Part shown: one piece after another, positions 53,678 to 62,959 of the stretch | Layout: each line of letters opens with the position of its first letter | Position numbering within the stretch: position 1 is the stretch's first letter | DNA from: an uncultured Candidatus Sumerlaeota bacterium | GTDB lineage: Bacteria > Bacillota > SLNR01 | Assembly (NCBI GenBank): GCA_964600665.1 | Contig: CAZRKC010000003.1 | Span: 24,209-88,208 of the forward strand | Direction of reading: 5' to 3' | DNA: 64,000 bases | Notes under the pieces: model-generated | The model's database searches: none | What the model saw: only the letters and a program-made list of their open reading frames with translations | Told to the model about the DNA's origin: nothing | Made by a program: the position numbers and the translations under genes

Positions 53678-54016
53678 ATGGCGAACCGAAAACTTGGCCG
53701 CACCATGGCGCACAGAAGAGCGCTGCTCCGCAACCTGATCACGTCGTTGCTGTTGAGCGAAAAAATCGAAACCACAGAAATGAAGGCGAAGGAACTCAGC
53801 CGAATCGCCGATCAAATGATCACCCTGGCCAAAAAGGGCGATCTACATGCACGGCGACAGGTCTTGGAATATGTGTTTGATGAGAATGCTGCCCGTAAAC
53901 TCTTCGATACCATTGCCCCGCGGTACGCGGGCAAAGAAGGCGGATATACACGGGTAATCAAAACGAGTTTCCGCCGAGGGGACGCGGCTTCCATGGCAAT
54001 CATTGAATTCATCTGA
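53678..54016 (+). CDS. rplQ: Ribosomal protein L17
   Basis: [16 protein letters not shown] and GGYTRV. Confidence 0.95.
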   Translation: MANRKLGRTMAHRRALLRNLITSLLLSEKIETTEMKAKELSRIADQMITLAKKGDLHARRQVLEYVFDENAARKLFDTIAPRYAGKEGGYTRVIKTSFRRGDAASMAIIEFI

Positions 54017-54050
54017 TGACAGTGCCGGGGCATTCCGCAAGTGATTTGGG

Positions 54051-54902
54051 ATGGTAGGTGCGATGATGGATACGATAATCAGCTTGGAGCATGTAAGTCA
54101 CCGGTACAACGCCGGCGAAGAGAATGAAATCAAGGCTTTAGACGATGTTTCCCTGACCATTCGTCGCGGCGAGTTCGTCGCGATCATTGGTCATAATGGG
54201 TCCGGAAAATCGACATTAGCCAAACACATCAATGCATTGTTGTTGCCATCGGAAGGAACCGTAATCGTCAATGGGATGGATACGGGAAAGTCGGAAAACC
54301 TCTGGGAAATCAGACGGTCTGCAGGTATGGTGTTTCAAAACCCCGACAACCAGCTGGTGGCTACCATGGTGGAGGAAGACGTGGCATTTGGTCCGGAGAA
54401 TCTGGGAGTACCGGTGGCGGAGATCCGCCGCCGGGTGGATGAATCCTTAGCACTGGTGAATATGTCCCATTGCTGGGAGCAATCCCCTCACACCCTTTCG
54501 GGAGGACAGAAACAACGCGTCGCCATTGCGGGTATCTTGGCGATGAAACCGGACTGCATTGTCCTGGATGAGCCCACCGCGATGCTGGATCCAATCGGAC
54601 GCCAAGAGGTGCTGGACACCATCCTCCGTTTAAATCGAGAAGAAGGAATGACGGTGGTGCTGGTCACACATTATATGGATGAGGCCGTGGATGCGGATCG
54701 GATCGTTGTCATGGACGATGGGCACATTGTCATGGACGATACACCCTTGCAGGTTTTTTCCAGGGTGGACGAATTGCGCAAACTGCGACTGGATGTCCCC
54801 CAGATGGCCGAACTTGCGGCACAACTGCGAGAAGCTGGATTCAATATTCCACCGGATGTCTTATCGGTGGAAGCGATGGTGGATGCACTATGTCGATCAT
54901 AA
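54051..54902 (+). CDS. ecfA1: ECF transporter ATPase subunit A1
   Basis: Walker A GHNGSGKST, signature LSGGQKQRVAIAG, Walker B IVLDEPT. The start could be 54063 or 54066. Confidence 0.88.
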   Translation: MVGAMMDTIISLEHVSHRYNAGEENEIKALDDVSLTIRRGEFVAIIGHNGSGKSTLAKHINALLLPSEGTVIVNGMDTGKSENLWEIRRSAGMVFQNPDNQLVATMVEEDVAFGPENLGVPVAEIRRRVDESLALVNMSHCWEQSPHTLSGGQKQRVAIAGILAMKPDCIVLDEPTAMLDPIGRQEVLDTILRLNREEGMTVVLVTHYMDEAVDADRIVVMDDGHIVMDDTPLQVFSRVDELRKLRLDVPQMAELAAQLREAGFNIPPDVLSVEAMVDALCRS

Positions 54903-55753
54903 TTGAAAACCTATGGCATGTGTATAACGAGAATACGCCCATGGCGATACCTGCTTTGGAAGATATTAATTTGACCATTGAAGATGGAGAGAGTGTGGGC
55001 ATCATCGGACGCACCGGATCCGGAAAATCGACTTTGGTGCAGCACTTCAACGGTTTGATCCTGGCGACACGCGGACGTGTGCTGGTTGATGGTGAAGATT
55101 TAAAGGATAAGAAAACCGATCGTAAACGGGTTCGACAGAAAGTGGGATTGGTTTTTCAGTATCCGGAATACCAGCTGTTCGAAGAAACGATTGCTGCTGA
55201 CATCGGGTTTGCACCCAAGAATATGGGACTGAAACCGGATGAAATCCAAAAAAGAGTCCAGGATGCCATGGCAATGGTGGGTTTGGATTATGAGTTGTTC
55301 AAGAATCGGTCTCCTTTTGAACTCAGCGGGGGACAGATGCGACGGGTGGCGATTGCCGGAATTCTGGCCATGGAACCCAAAATTCTCGTCCTTGACGAAC
55401 CGACAGCCGGATTAGATCCAAAAGGCCGGGCAGATGTTCTGGCCCAGATTCGGGAAATGCGCCGCCAAATGGGTATCACCGTAATCATGGTCTCTCACAG
55501 TATGGATGAGATAGCGCAGATCGTAGACCGGGTTTTGGTGATGGATGAAGGGAAAATTGTCATGCAGGGTCCCGTCAGAGACATTTTCCAACGAGCTGAA
55601 GAGCTAAAAGCCAGAGGTTTGGGGATTCCCCAAGTGACGGAGCTTATGTATAAGTTGAGAAACAAAGGGTTGGATGTATCCACCCGGGTGATCAATTTAA
55701 CGGAAGCAAAAGACGCCATTGTTTCCATCGATTGGGGGCATGGCGATGTTTGA
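54890..55753 (+). CDS. ecfA2: ECF transporter ATPase subunit A2
   Basis: GRTGSGKST, LSGGQMRRVAIAG, LVLDEPT. It overlaps ecfA1 by 13 nt. Confidence 0.88.
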   Translation: MSIIIENLWHVYNENTPMAIPALEDINLTIEDGESVGIIGRTGSGKSTLVQHFNGLILATRGRVLVDGEDLKDKKTDRKRVRQKVGLVFQYPEYQLFEETIAADIGFAPKNMGLKPDEIQKRVQDAMAMVGLDYELFKNRSPFELSGGQMRRVAIAGILAMEPKILVLDEPTAGLDPKGRADVLAQIREMRRQMGITVIMVSHSMDEIAQIVDRVLVMDEGKIVMQGPVRDIFQRAEELKARGLGIPQVTELMYKLRNKGLDVSTRVINLTEAKDAIVSIDWGHGDV

Positions 55754-56555
55754 GAATATTACCATCGGGCAGTACTACCCGGGGAAATCGGTGATCCACC
55801 GCTTGGACCCGCGGACGAAGATCAATTCTGTTTTGGCCTTGGTGGTTGCCATCTTTATGGCCCGGCACAGCATCACGATATTGGGACTGTCGGGGCTGTT
55901 AGTGGGAATCGTCATTATTGCGCGGATCCCGTTTAAGTATTTGATGAAAGGGCTTCGCCCGATTTTATTGATCGGAACCTTGACATTTTTATTAAATGTT
56001 TTCGTGACCAGTGGCACGGTTATATTCCTCATCGGACCCCTGCGGGTGACCGAAGAAGGTCTTCGCCAGGGTGGTTACCTGGTGTGGCGTCTCATCATGT
56101 TGGTCATGACAACATCAATGTTGACACTCACAACTCCTCCCGTGACATTGACGGATGGTTTGGAAAGCGTGTTAAAACCGTACAGACGGCTTGGAGTACC
56201 AGCCCATGAGCTGGCCATGATGATGACCATCGCCTTGCGCTTCATCCCCACATTGATTGAAGAAACCGGGAAGATCATGAAAGCGCAGATGGCACGTGGT
56301 GCAGATTTTGAAAGTGGTAACATTGTCAGAAGAGCGAAAAACCTGATCCCGCTTTTGGTCCCGCTTTTTGTCAGTGCCTTCCGCCGCGCGGATGAATTGG
56401 CGATTGCCATGGAATCCCGCTGCTATCGGGGAGGCGAGAACAGGACCAGGCTGAAGCAGCTGAAATATACCCGGCTGGATGCTGCCGGTTATGCCATGAT
56501 GGCAGCGGTCCTCATGGCTGTGGTGTGGCTCCGGTACAGAGGAACGGTGTGGTAA
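55740..56555 (+). CDS. ecfT: ECF transporter transmembrane subunit T
   Basis: GKSVIHRLDPRTK start region and ARGADFES/RRADELAIAMESR coupling helices. The start is 55740 or 55746. Confidence 0.85.
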   Translation: MAMFENITIGQYYPGKSVIHRLDPRTKINSVLALVVAIFMARHSITILGLSGLLVGIVIIARIPFKYLMKGLRPILLIGTLTFLLNVFVTSGTVIFLIGPLRVTEEGLRQGGYLVWRLIMLVMTTSMLTLTTPPVTLTDGLESVLKPYRRLGVPAHELAMMMTIALRFIPTLIEETGKIMKAQMARGADFESGNIVRRAKNLIPLLVPLFVSAFRRADELAIAMESRCYRGGENRTRLKQLKYTRLDAAGYAMMAAVLMAVVWLRYRGTVW

Positions 56556-56573
56556 GCGAGGGGTGAGCGGCAA

Positions 56574-57323
56574 ATGAACATCAAATGTGTCATCGCGTAT
56601 GACGGAACTGACTTTTGCGGGTATCAACGGCAGAAGAACTTACGCACCGTGCAGGGAGAATTGGAACAGGCAGCGGCTAAACTTTTCAGAGAACCGGTGA
56701 CTGTGTATGCGTCTGGTCGAACGGACAGTGGTGTCCACGCCAGAGGACAGACCATTAACTTCCGGATCACTCAGCAGATTCCGGTGGAGCGCATCCCATT
56801 TGCCTTGAATAGTTTGCTGCCGGACGATATCGTTGTCAAAACAGCAATGACCGTACCCGATAATTTTCACGCCCGGATCCACGCTATGGAAAAAACGTAT
56901 GCATACTACATTTTGAACCAGTCACAACCGGATCCGTTTTTAAAGCGCTACTGCCTTCACATCCCCCAGCCCCTGGATGTGGAGCGAATGCAGCAAGGTG
57001 CGTCACATGTGGTAGGAACCCATGATTTTTCCACTTTTTTGGCGACTGGCAGCCGCGTGACCGACGCGGTCCGCCGGGTGACCCGATCTGAGATGATCCA
57101 AAAAGAAGACATGATCGCATACCAGGTGTCTGCCAATGGATTCCTCTACAACATGGTGAGAATCATCATCGGGACACTGATTGAAATGGGCAGGGGGAAA
57201 ACTGACCCCGATGATATGCCAGGGATAATCAGGGCCAAAAACCGGGATGCAGCAGCTGAGACAGCGCCGCCCCATGGGCTGTTTCTGGAGAAGGTCATGT
57301 ATGACAGGGCATCTTTCACTTGA
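56574..57323 (+). CDS. truA: tRNA pseudouridine(38-40) synthase
   Basis: YDGTDFCGYQRQ and GRTDSGVHARGQ (catalytic Asp). Confidence 0.92.
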   Translation: MNIKCVIAYDGTDFCGYQRQKNLRTVQGELEQAAAKLFREPVTVYASGRTDSGVHARGQTINFRITQQIPVERIPFALNSLLPDDIVVKTAMTVPDNFHARIHAMEKTYAYYILNQSQPDPFLKRYCLHIPQPLDVERMQQGASHVVGTHDFSTFLATGSRVTDAVRRVTRSEMIQKEDMIAYQVSANGFLYNMVRIIIGTLIEMGRGKTDPDDMPGIIRAKNRDAAAETAPPHGLFLEKVMYDRASFT

Positions 57324-57347
57324 CATGGAAGGACCGGCTATTATAAA
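57320..57347 (+). promoter_or_regulatory. Possible promoter for rplM-rpsI (followed by a ~100-nt L13-leader-like UTR)
   Basis: TTGACA (57320-57325, overlapping the truA stop), 16-nt spacer, TATAAA (57342-57347). Confidence 0.4.
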
Positions 57348-57445
57348 ATATCCCTGTGACACATAGCCGGACATGGCTTGCCGACCCAACGCGGGCGGTT
57401 TACATACCAAAAAAGATTGAGTCTTGATTGACAGGAGGGAATTTT

Positions 57446-57880
57446 ATGAAAACTTATTCGCCGAAACCGGCCGATATAGAGCACAAGTGGCTTGTTGTAG
57501 ACGCAACAAACCAAACGCTCGGCCGTCTGGCCAGTGAAGTGGCCAGCATTCTCCGGGGTAAACACAAACCCATCTTCGCTCCTCATATGGATACCGGTGA
57601 TTATGTGATCGTGATCAACGCTGAAAAAATCCATTTGACAGGTAAAAAGATGACGGACAAGTTCTACCACCACCACACAGGTTATCCAGGTGGTCTCAAG
57701 TCCATATCGTATGGCAAGCTCATTGCCACCAAGCCGGAAAAAGTGATCGAACTGGCTGTCAAAGGCATGCTGCCCCATAATAAACTGGGTGCTGCCATGT
57801 TCAAGAAATTGAAAGTGTATGCAGGACCTGAACATCCCCATTCAGCACAACAGCCAGCAGAGATGAAAATCGTCGGCTGA
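57446..57880 (+). CDS. rplM: Ribosomal protein L13
   Basis: [23 protein letters not shown] 57446 follows CAGGAGGG. Confidence 0.95.
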   Translation: MKTYSPKPADIEHKWLVVDATNQTLGRLASEVASILRGKHKPIFAPHMDTGDYVIVINAEKIHLTGKKMTDKFYHHHTGYPGGLKSISYGKLIATKPEKVIELAVKGMLPHNKLGAAMFKKLKVYAGPEHPHSAQQPAEMKIVG

Positions 57881-57904
57881 TTCTAACGAGAAGGAGGTAC
57901 AATC

Positions 57905-58297
57905 ATGGCACTTGTCAATTATGCCGGAACAGGTCGTCGGAAGCAGTCTGTTGCCCGGGTTCGTCTCATTCCCGGTTCTGGACAGATCGTCGTTAACGGC
58001 CGTCCGATGGAAGATTATTTCAAATTGAAAACCCTTCATATGATCATTCAGCAGCCATTGAATACGGCCGGTGTGATCGAAAAATATGACGTCTTGGTTA
58101 ATGTGTATGGTGGTGGCGTTTCCGGACAGGCGGGCGCAGTTCGTCACGGTATCGCCCGGGCACTGTTGAAGGTTGATCCGGAGTACCGTCCAGGACTGAA
58201 GAAAGCCGGTTTTCTCACCCGGGATCCCCGGATGGTGGAAAGAAAGAAGTATGGCCTGAAGAAAGCGCGGAAAGCGCCTCAGTTCTCAAAGCGGTAA
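57905..58297 (+). CDS. rpsI: Ribosomal protein S9
   Basis: [14 protein letters not shown] and the C-terminal [12 protein letters not shown]. Confidence 0.95.
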   Translation: MALVNYAGTGRRKQSVARVRLIPGSGQIVVNGRPMEDYFKLKTLHMIIQQPLNTAGVIEKYDVLVNVYGGGVSGQAGAVRHGIARALLKVDPEYRPGLKKAGFLTRDPRMVERKKYGLKKARKAPQFSKR

Positions 58298-58305
58298 TCA
58301 TGCAG

Positions 58306-58337
58306 AAGGGAGGATATCGGTCCTTCCTTTTATTTTT
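58306..58337 (+). terminator. Rho-independent terminator 1 after rpsI
   Basis: AAGGGAGGA/TCCTTCCTT 9-bp stem (one G-U pair) followed by TTATTTTT. Confidence 0.7.
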
Positions 58338-58338
58338 C

Positions 58339-58376
58339 CCTGCTCACACCGGTCATCATGCTGAGCAGGTTTTTTT
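58339..58376 (+). terminator. Rho-independent terminator 2 (in tandem)
   Basis: CCTGCTCA/TGAGCAGG stem followed by TTTTTTT. Confidence 0.65.
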
Positions 58377-58428
58377 CTGTAGAAATGGAATACATCTGTT
58401 AAGAATGTTTTGACTGGGGGTTTGCACA

Positions 58429-59790
58429 TTGGATCGAGTATTGGTAGGAGGACGGGTCATCGATCCGGAATCCGGATTGGACAAAATCGTCAACATAGGC
58501 ATAGAAGGCAATAAGATTACCACCATCAGCTGTAGCGATATCGAAGGTGATGACATCATATCCGTGGCGGGACTGGTTGTGGCGCCTGGATTCATTGATA
58601 TCCACATGCACGAAGATCCCATAACCCATTTGGAAGGCGAAGTATCCTACCCCACCTTTGACCGGATGGTATCCATGGGGGTCACCACTGCTGTGGGTGG
58701 AAACTGCGGTTACAGTCGTTATCCCCTTCAGCCATATTTCGCGCTTCTGGAAGCGCAAGGGATACCCCTTAATTACGCAGGGTTTTCAGGATACATCAGT
58801 ATCAGGGAAGCCATAGGTCTGGTTGATCGATACCAACCGGCCGACGCCGACCAGAAGGTGCAGATCCAGGATTTGATTCGTCAAGAACTGGAAAGTGGCG
58901 CTGTGGGGATCTCATTCGGATTGGAATACGCCCCCGGTATCACGACCAAGGAAGCAATTGATGCCGCAAAGGTGGTTGCAGAATTTCCCGGGCGGCTGAT
59001 CAGCGCTCATTTCCGGGCAGATTGTGAGCATGCGGTGGAGTCCATTGAAGAATTAACCGAAATTGCGCGACTGACCGGTGTCCCCATGCAGATTTCGCAC
59101 CTTGGCAGTTGTGCCGCATTTCCCGGCATTATGGAAGATGCCCTGCGGACATTGGATGAGGCACGTTCGGAGGATATCGATGTCATGGGAGATTGCTATC
59201 CATACAATTGCTTTTGCACTTCCATCGGCTCAGCAGTCTTCGATCCCGGTTGTTTTGCAAAATGGGGGGTTGAACCATCCGCACTGATGGTGGCCGAAGG
59301 TCCGCATCGGGGTGAACGTTGCGATGAAGCATTGTTTGCCCAGCTGCGAGTCGAAGCACCGGAAACCATGGTAATCGGATTTGTCATGAATGATGATGAG
59401 GTGATTCGAGCCATTCGTCATCCACTGATCATGCTCTGCAGTGACGGTTCATTCAGGGGCGATCAAGGACATCCCCGAGGGGCAGGAACGTTTCCCCGGG
59501 TTTTGGGGCGCATGGTTCGGGAAGAAAAGACCATCAGTATGATGGAAGCGCTGGCGAAAATGACCATCGTACCCGCCAGACGCTTGAATCTTAAACACAA
59601 AGGGCGGGTCACAGTCGGCGCAGATGCGGATCTGGTGATTTTTGATCCGGAACGGATCATGGACAAGGCAGATTTTGATTCCCCTACCGACGCACCGGAG
59701 GGGATCGAGATGGTTATTGTGCAAGGTACGCCAGTGGTGCGAAACAATCGGATCGTATCAAGACAGGCAGGTCAAGTCATACGTTTTTAA
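58429..59790 (+). CDS. N-acyl-D-amino-acid deacylase (D-aminoacylase) family amidohydrolase
   Basis: TTG start; APGFIDIHMHED, GVTTAVGGNCGYS, and the C-terminal ADLVIFDPERIMDKADFDSPTDAPEGIEMVIVQG typical of the family. Confidence 0.8.
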   Translation: MDRVLVGGRVIDPESGLDKIVNIGIEGNKITTISCSDIEGDDIISVAGLVVAPGFIDIHMHEDPITHLEGEVSYPTFDRMVSMGVTTAVGGNCGYSRYPLQPYFALLEAQGIPLNYAGFSGYISIREAIGLVDRYQPADADQKVQIQDLIRQELESGAVGISFGLEYAPGITTKEAIDAAKVVAEFPGRLISAHFRADCEHAVESIEELTEIARLTGVPMQISHLGSCAAFPGIMEDALRTLDEARSEDIDVMGDCYPYNCFCTSIGSAVFDPGCFAKWGVEPSALMVAEGPHRGERCDEALFAQLRVEAPETMVIGFVMNDDEVIRAIRHPLIMLCSDGSFRGDQGHPRGAGTFPRVLGRMVREEKTISMMEALAKMTIVPARRLNLKHKGRVTVGADADLVIFDPERIMDKADFDSPTDAPEGIEMVIVQGTPVVRNNRIVSRQAGQVIRF

Positions 59791-59801
59791 GGGGGATGGC
59801 G

Positions 59802-60110
59802 ATGGAAATCAAAGCAGTTCCGGGTGATTGGGTCGAAGTGTACACAATCGTGCTCCCTGCCGGGGAGCGAGCACCACAGGTTCCGGCAGATACGCAGCAA
59901 GTCCCGTTGGAAATGCGGGTTCGGGGATTTTTGATGCACGAAGCTGGGATCGGTCAGCCGGCCGTGATTCAGACATTGACGGGCAGAGAAATGTCCGGTA
60001 CACTGTCAGCGATCAAGCCCGCATATCCCCATGGGTTCGGGGCGCCAGTCCCGGAAATGCTGGCGATCGGGCGCGAACTCCGGGCATTGCTGGAGGTGGA
60101 CGAAGGATGA
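59802..60110 (+). CDS. ortA: 2-amino-4-oxopentanoate thiolase alpha subunit (OrtA-like)
   Basis: ~102 aa (GDWVEVYTIVLPAGERAPQVPADTQQVPLEMRVRGFL...). This matches my recollection of the OrtA family. Its stop overlaps the start of the PLP beta subunit. Confidence 0.7.
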   Translation: MEIKAVPGDWVEVYTIVLPAGERAPQVPADTQQVPLEMRVRGFLMHEAGIGQPAVIQTLTGREMSGTLSAIKPAYPHGFGAPVPEMLAIGRELRALLEVDEG

Positions 60111-61513
60111 AGGATATGAGCTATACCGGTGTGATGGCGCGTAAGAATGAAATCATGAAACAATCCGTGGGAATTGATTTTACCGAGTTTGAGAGCGGGT
60201 CGATTGCGTTTGATTACGAAGGAATGATGTCAAAAACCGGATACTCTTTAGAAGAAGTCATCCACATCCAAAAAGAAAGTAATGTGGGAAACACTCCGTT
60301 ATTGGAACTGAAACAGATTACCCGACTCGTGCGGAAAATAGCAACCAAGGGTAAGGGGGCGCGCATATTCGTCAAGGACGAAGCTGCCAATCCCTCGGGT
60401 AGCTTCAAGGCCCGACGGGCAGCGGTATCGGTCCATCATGCGAAGAAACTGGGCTATGCCGGGGTCATCGCTGCCACCAGCGGAAATTACGGTGCCGCAG
60501 TGGCCTCGCAAGCAGCCATGAAAGGTTTGCGGAGCATCATCGTCCAAGAAGTCTACGACAGCCTCGGCCGGGGGCAGCCGGAAATCATTGAAAAGGGGCG
60601 AAAGTGCGAAGCCTACGGAGCCGATGTGTATCAATTGAGTGTCGGGCCGGAATTATTTTATGTTGCCCTGCAATTATTAGAAGAAACCGGTTATTTCAAT
60701 GCGTCCCTCTATACGCCTTTTGCCATTGCCGGAATTGAGACCCTGGGGTATGAAATCGGGCGGGAAGTTTCCCAACGGTTCGGGAGAGTGCCGGATTGTG
60801 TGGTCGTGACCCATGCCGGTGGCGGTAATATGACCGGGACTGCCAGAGGCCTGATCAAGGCGGGGTGTCATGATACACGGTTGGTGGGGGCCAGTGTGGA
60901 CTTAAAAGGCCTTCATATGGCCAGTGATGGGGATTTCAACCGGAAGTCCTTTACAACGGGACATACGGGTTTTGGTATGCCGTTTACGACCCAGCCGGAT
61001 CGGGCCGATGTGCCGCGAAATGCGGCGCGGAGCTTGCGGTACATGGACCGTTATGTAACCGTGACCCAAGGAGAAGTGTTCTATGTAACGGAGATGCTGG
61101 CGCAATTGGAGGGTCTTGAACGAGGGCCTGCCGGAAACACGTCCCTGGCAGCTGCTTTTGCGATAGCCCGGGAGATGGATGAGGATCAGATTCTGGTGGT
61201 CCAGGAGACAGAATACACCGGTGCCGGAAAACACCCCATCCCCCAGTTGACCTTTGCCAGACAGAACGGAATCGAGATTCGCCGGGGTGACCCTAAAGAT
61301 AGTCAACCGGGGAAGAGTATCATCATCCCCAGGCATCCAGAAGAGATCCGGGTGGTGGATCAGGATATGGATCAATTACGCCGGTCGTATTTGAAAAAAG
61401 CAGTGGAAGGCCACCAAACCAGGCCATTGACATCTGAGGATCTGGCCTTTTTGGCAGATGAGACCAAAACCAGTCTGGAATATATCCGTTCCTTCATGCA
61501 GTCGTTAAGTTAG
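60107..61513 (+). CDS. ortB: 2-amino-4-oxopentanoate thiolase beta subunit (OrtB-like, PLP, Trp-synthase-beta fold)
   Basis: 468 aa starting from ATG 60107 (ATGA overlap with ortA). PLP-lysine motif NPSGSFKARRA and a GGGN loop. The 93 upstream codons of the ORF-track call are the ortA region read in another frame. Confidence 0.75.
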   Translation: MKDMSYTGVMARKNEIMKQSVGIDFTEFESGSIAFDYEGMMSKTGYSLEEVIHIQKESNVGNTPLLELKQITRLVRKIATKGKGARIFVKDEAANPSGSFKARRAAVSVHHAKKLGYAGVIAATSGNYGAAVASQAAMKGLRSIIVQEVYDSLGRGQPEIIEKGRKCEAYGADVYQLSVGPELFYVALQLLEETGYFNASLYTPFAIAGIETLGYEIGREVSQRFGRVPDCVVVTHAGGGNMTGTARGLIKAGCHDTRLVGASVDLKGLHMASDGDFNRKSFTTGHTGFGMPFTTQPDRADVPRNAARSLRYMDRYVTVTQGEVFYVTEMLAQLEGLERGPAGNTSLAAAFAIAREMDEDQILVVQETEYTGAGKHPIPQLTFARQNGIEIRRGDPKDSQPGKSIIIPRHPEEIRVVDQDMDQLRRSYLKKAVEGHQTRPLTSEDLAFLADETKTSLEYIRSFMQSLS

Positions 61514-61542
61514 GGCTTGTTCTGAAAATGGAGGTGGATACC

Positions 61543-62946
61543 ATGGAAGGAATCGTGTGGGGCGGCATCAGTCCGCATCCTCCCCTGATCATTCCTGCCA
61601 TCGGGCAGAATGATATTCGCCAGGTTTTTGATACCTGTACGGGCATGACCCAGTTGGCCAGGAGTCTAAGGGAAGCAAAACCTCAGGTGTGTGTGCTCAT
61701 TTCTCCCCATGGACCCTTCTTCTATGATGGTTTGCCCGTTTGGGATGTACCGCACATGGAAGGCAGTTTTGCTCATTTCGGATTCCCGAATATCCGGTTT
61801 GGCCTGGATATCGATCAAACACTAGCGAAAGCCATTGTTGAAGTCGGACACGCACAGGGAATATCATTCATCTCGCTGGATGAAAGCATGATCCAGCGTA
61901 CATCCGTCAGACGTGAACTGGATCATGGGGTGCTGGTTCCCTGGTTTTATATCCGCCAGGAAGGAATTGCGATTCCCGCTGTCATTATTTCCATGGGGAT
62001 GCTGACCTATCAGGAGCTATTTCGGGCGGGCAAAGCCATTCAGACAGCCGCGAAACAAGATGGACGTCGAATCGCCATACTGGCCAGCGGAGATATGTCT
62101 CACGCATTGAGTCAGTCTGCCCCTTCCGGGTACAATCCAGCCGGGAAAGAATTCGATGAAACACTGGTGGCGATGCTTCGGGAGAATCGATTGCAGGATA
62201 TCCTGACCATCGACCCGGCACTGATCGAACGGGCAGCCGAATGCGGCTATCGACCGGTGACCCTGTTGTTGGGGGCTCTGGACGGATTGCAAGTCAAGAC
62301 TCAGGTCCATTCATATGAAGGGCCCTATGGTGTCGGGTACCTGACGGCTTCCATGGAAGTGGCAGGGGAAACCGATTCAGCGCATATGCCAAAGAGCAGT
62401 CCGGATCCAGCCAGTGAAACTTTGGACACTTCGCGAACCCAAGAGCATCCCCTGGTGCAACTGGCACGCAATACACTGGAAGCGCATATTCACCAAAAAC
62501 CATTTTCACCCCCAGATCCCCTTCCTTCAGAGTGGACCAGACGGGCGGGCGCATTCGTCTCCATTAAAAAAATGGGGCAGCTGCGGGGGTGTATCGGCAC
62601 CATTTCTGCTGTACGGGAGAATCTGGCTATGGAGGTTATGGCTAACGCCATCAGCGCTGGCACAGAGGACCCCCGGTTTTACCCGGTGACAGTGGCTGAA
62701 CTCCCACATTTAGTATATTCGGTGGATGTCTTGATGGAGCCTGAACCGGTGACGGATCGGGGACACCTGGATGTGCATCGGTACGGTATCATCGTCCGTC
62801 AAGGGAGGCGAACCGGGCTGTTGCTGCCGGATCTGCCGGGTATTGAAAAAGTGGATGATCAGATTCAAATCGCCTGCCAGAAAGCCGGTATCGATCCAGA
62901 CGGTACATTCACCATCGAACGCTTTGAAGTCATTCGTTATCAGTGA
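61543..62946 (+). CDS. Fusion protein: class-III extradiol dioxygenase/Memo-like N-domain + AMMECR1 C-domain (AmmeMemoRadiSam system protein A type)
   Basis: N-domain: GGISPHPPLIIP, ISPHGP, LDHGVLVP, ASGDMSHAL. C-domain: GAFVSIKKMGQLRGCIGT and EDPRF (AMMECR1 hallmarks). ATG 61543 follows GGAGGTGG. Confidence 0.8.
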   Translation: MEGIVWGGISPHPPLIIPAIGQNDIRQVFDTCTGMTQLARSLREAKPQVCVLISPHGPFFYDGLPVWDVPHMEGSFAHFGFPNIRFGLDIDQTLAKAIVEVGHAQGISFISLDESMIQRTSVRRELDHGVLVPWFYIRQEGIAIPAVIISMGMLTYQELFRAGKAIQTAAKQDGRRIAILASGDMSHALSQSAPSGYNPAGKEFDETLVAMLRENRLQDILTIDPALIERAAECGYRPVTLLLGALDGLQVKTQVHSYEGPYGVGYLTASMEVAGETDSAHMPKSSPDPASETLDTSRTQEHPLVQLARNTLEAHIHQKPFSPPDPLPSEWTRRAGAFVSIKKMGQLRGCIGTISAVRENLAMEVMANAISAGTEDPRFYPVTVAELPHLVYSVDVLMEPEPVTDRGHLDVHRYGIIVRQGRRTGLLLPDLPGIEKVDDQIQIACQKAGIDPDGTFTIERFEVIRYQ

Positions 62947-62959
62947 GGAGCGAGTGGTG

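Noticed and set aside
59828-60106. N-terminal extensions of the ORF-track calls for ortB (59828-60106) and the radical SAM gene (62771-62959).
   Set aside because: These segments overlap ortA and the AMMECR1 fusion in other frames and are Arg/Gly/Ser-rich nonsense. RBS-supported internal ATGs give family-typical lengths.
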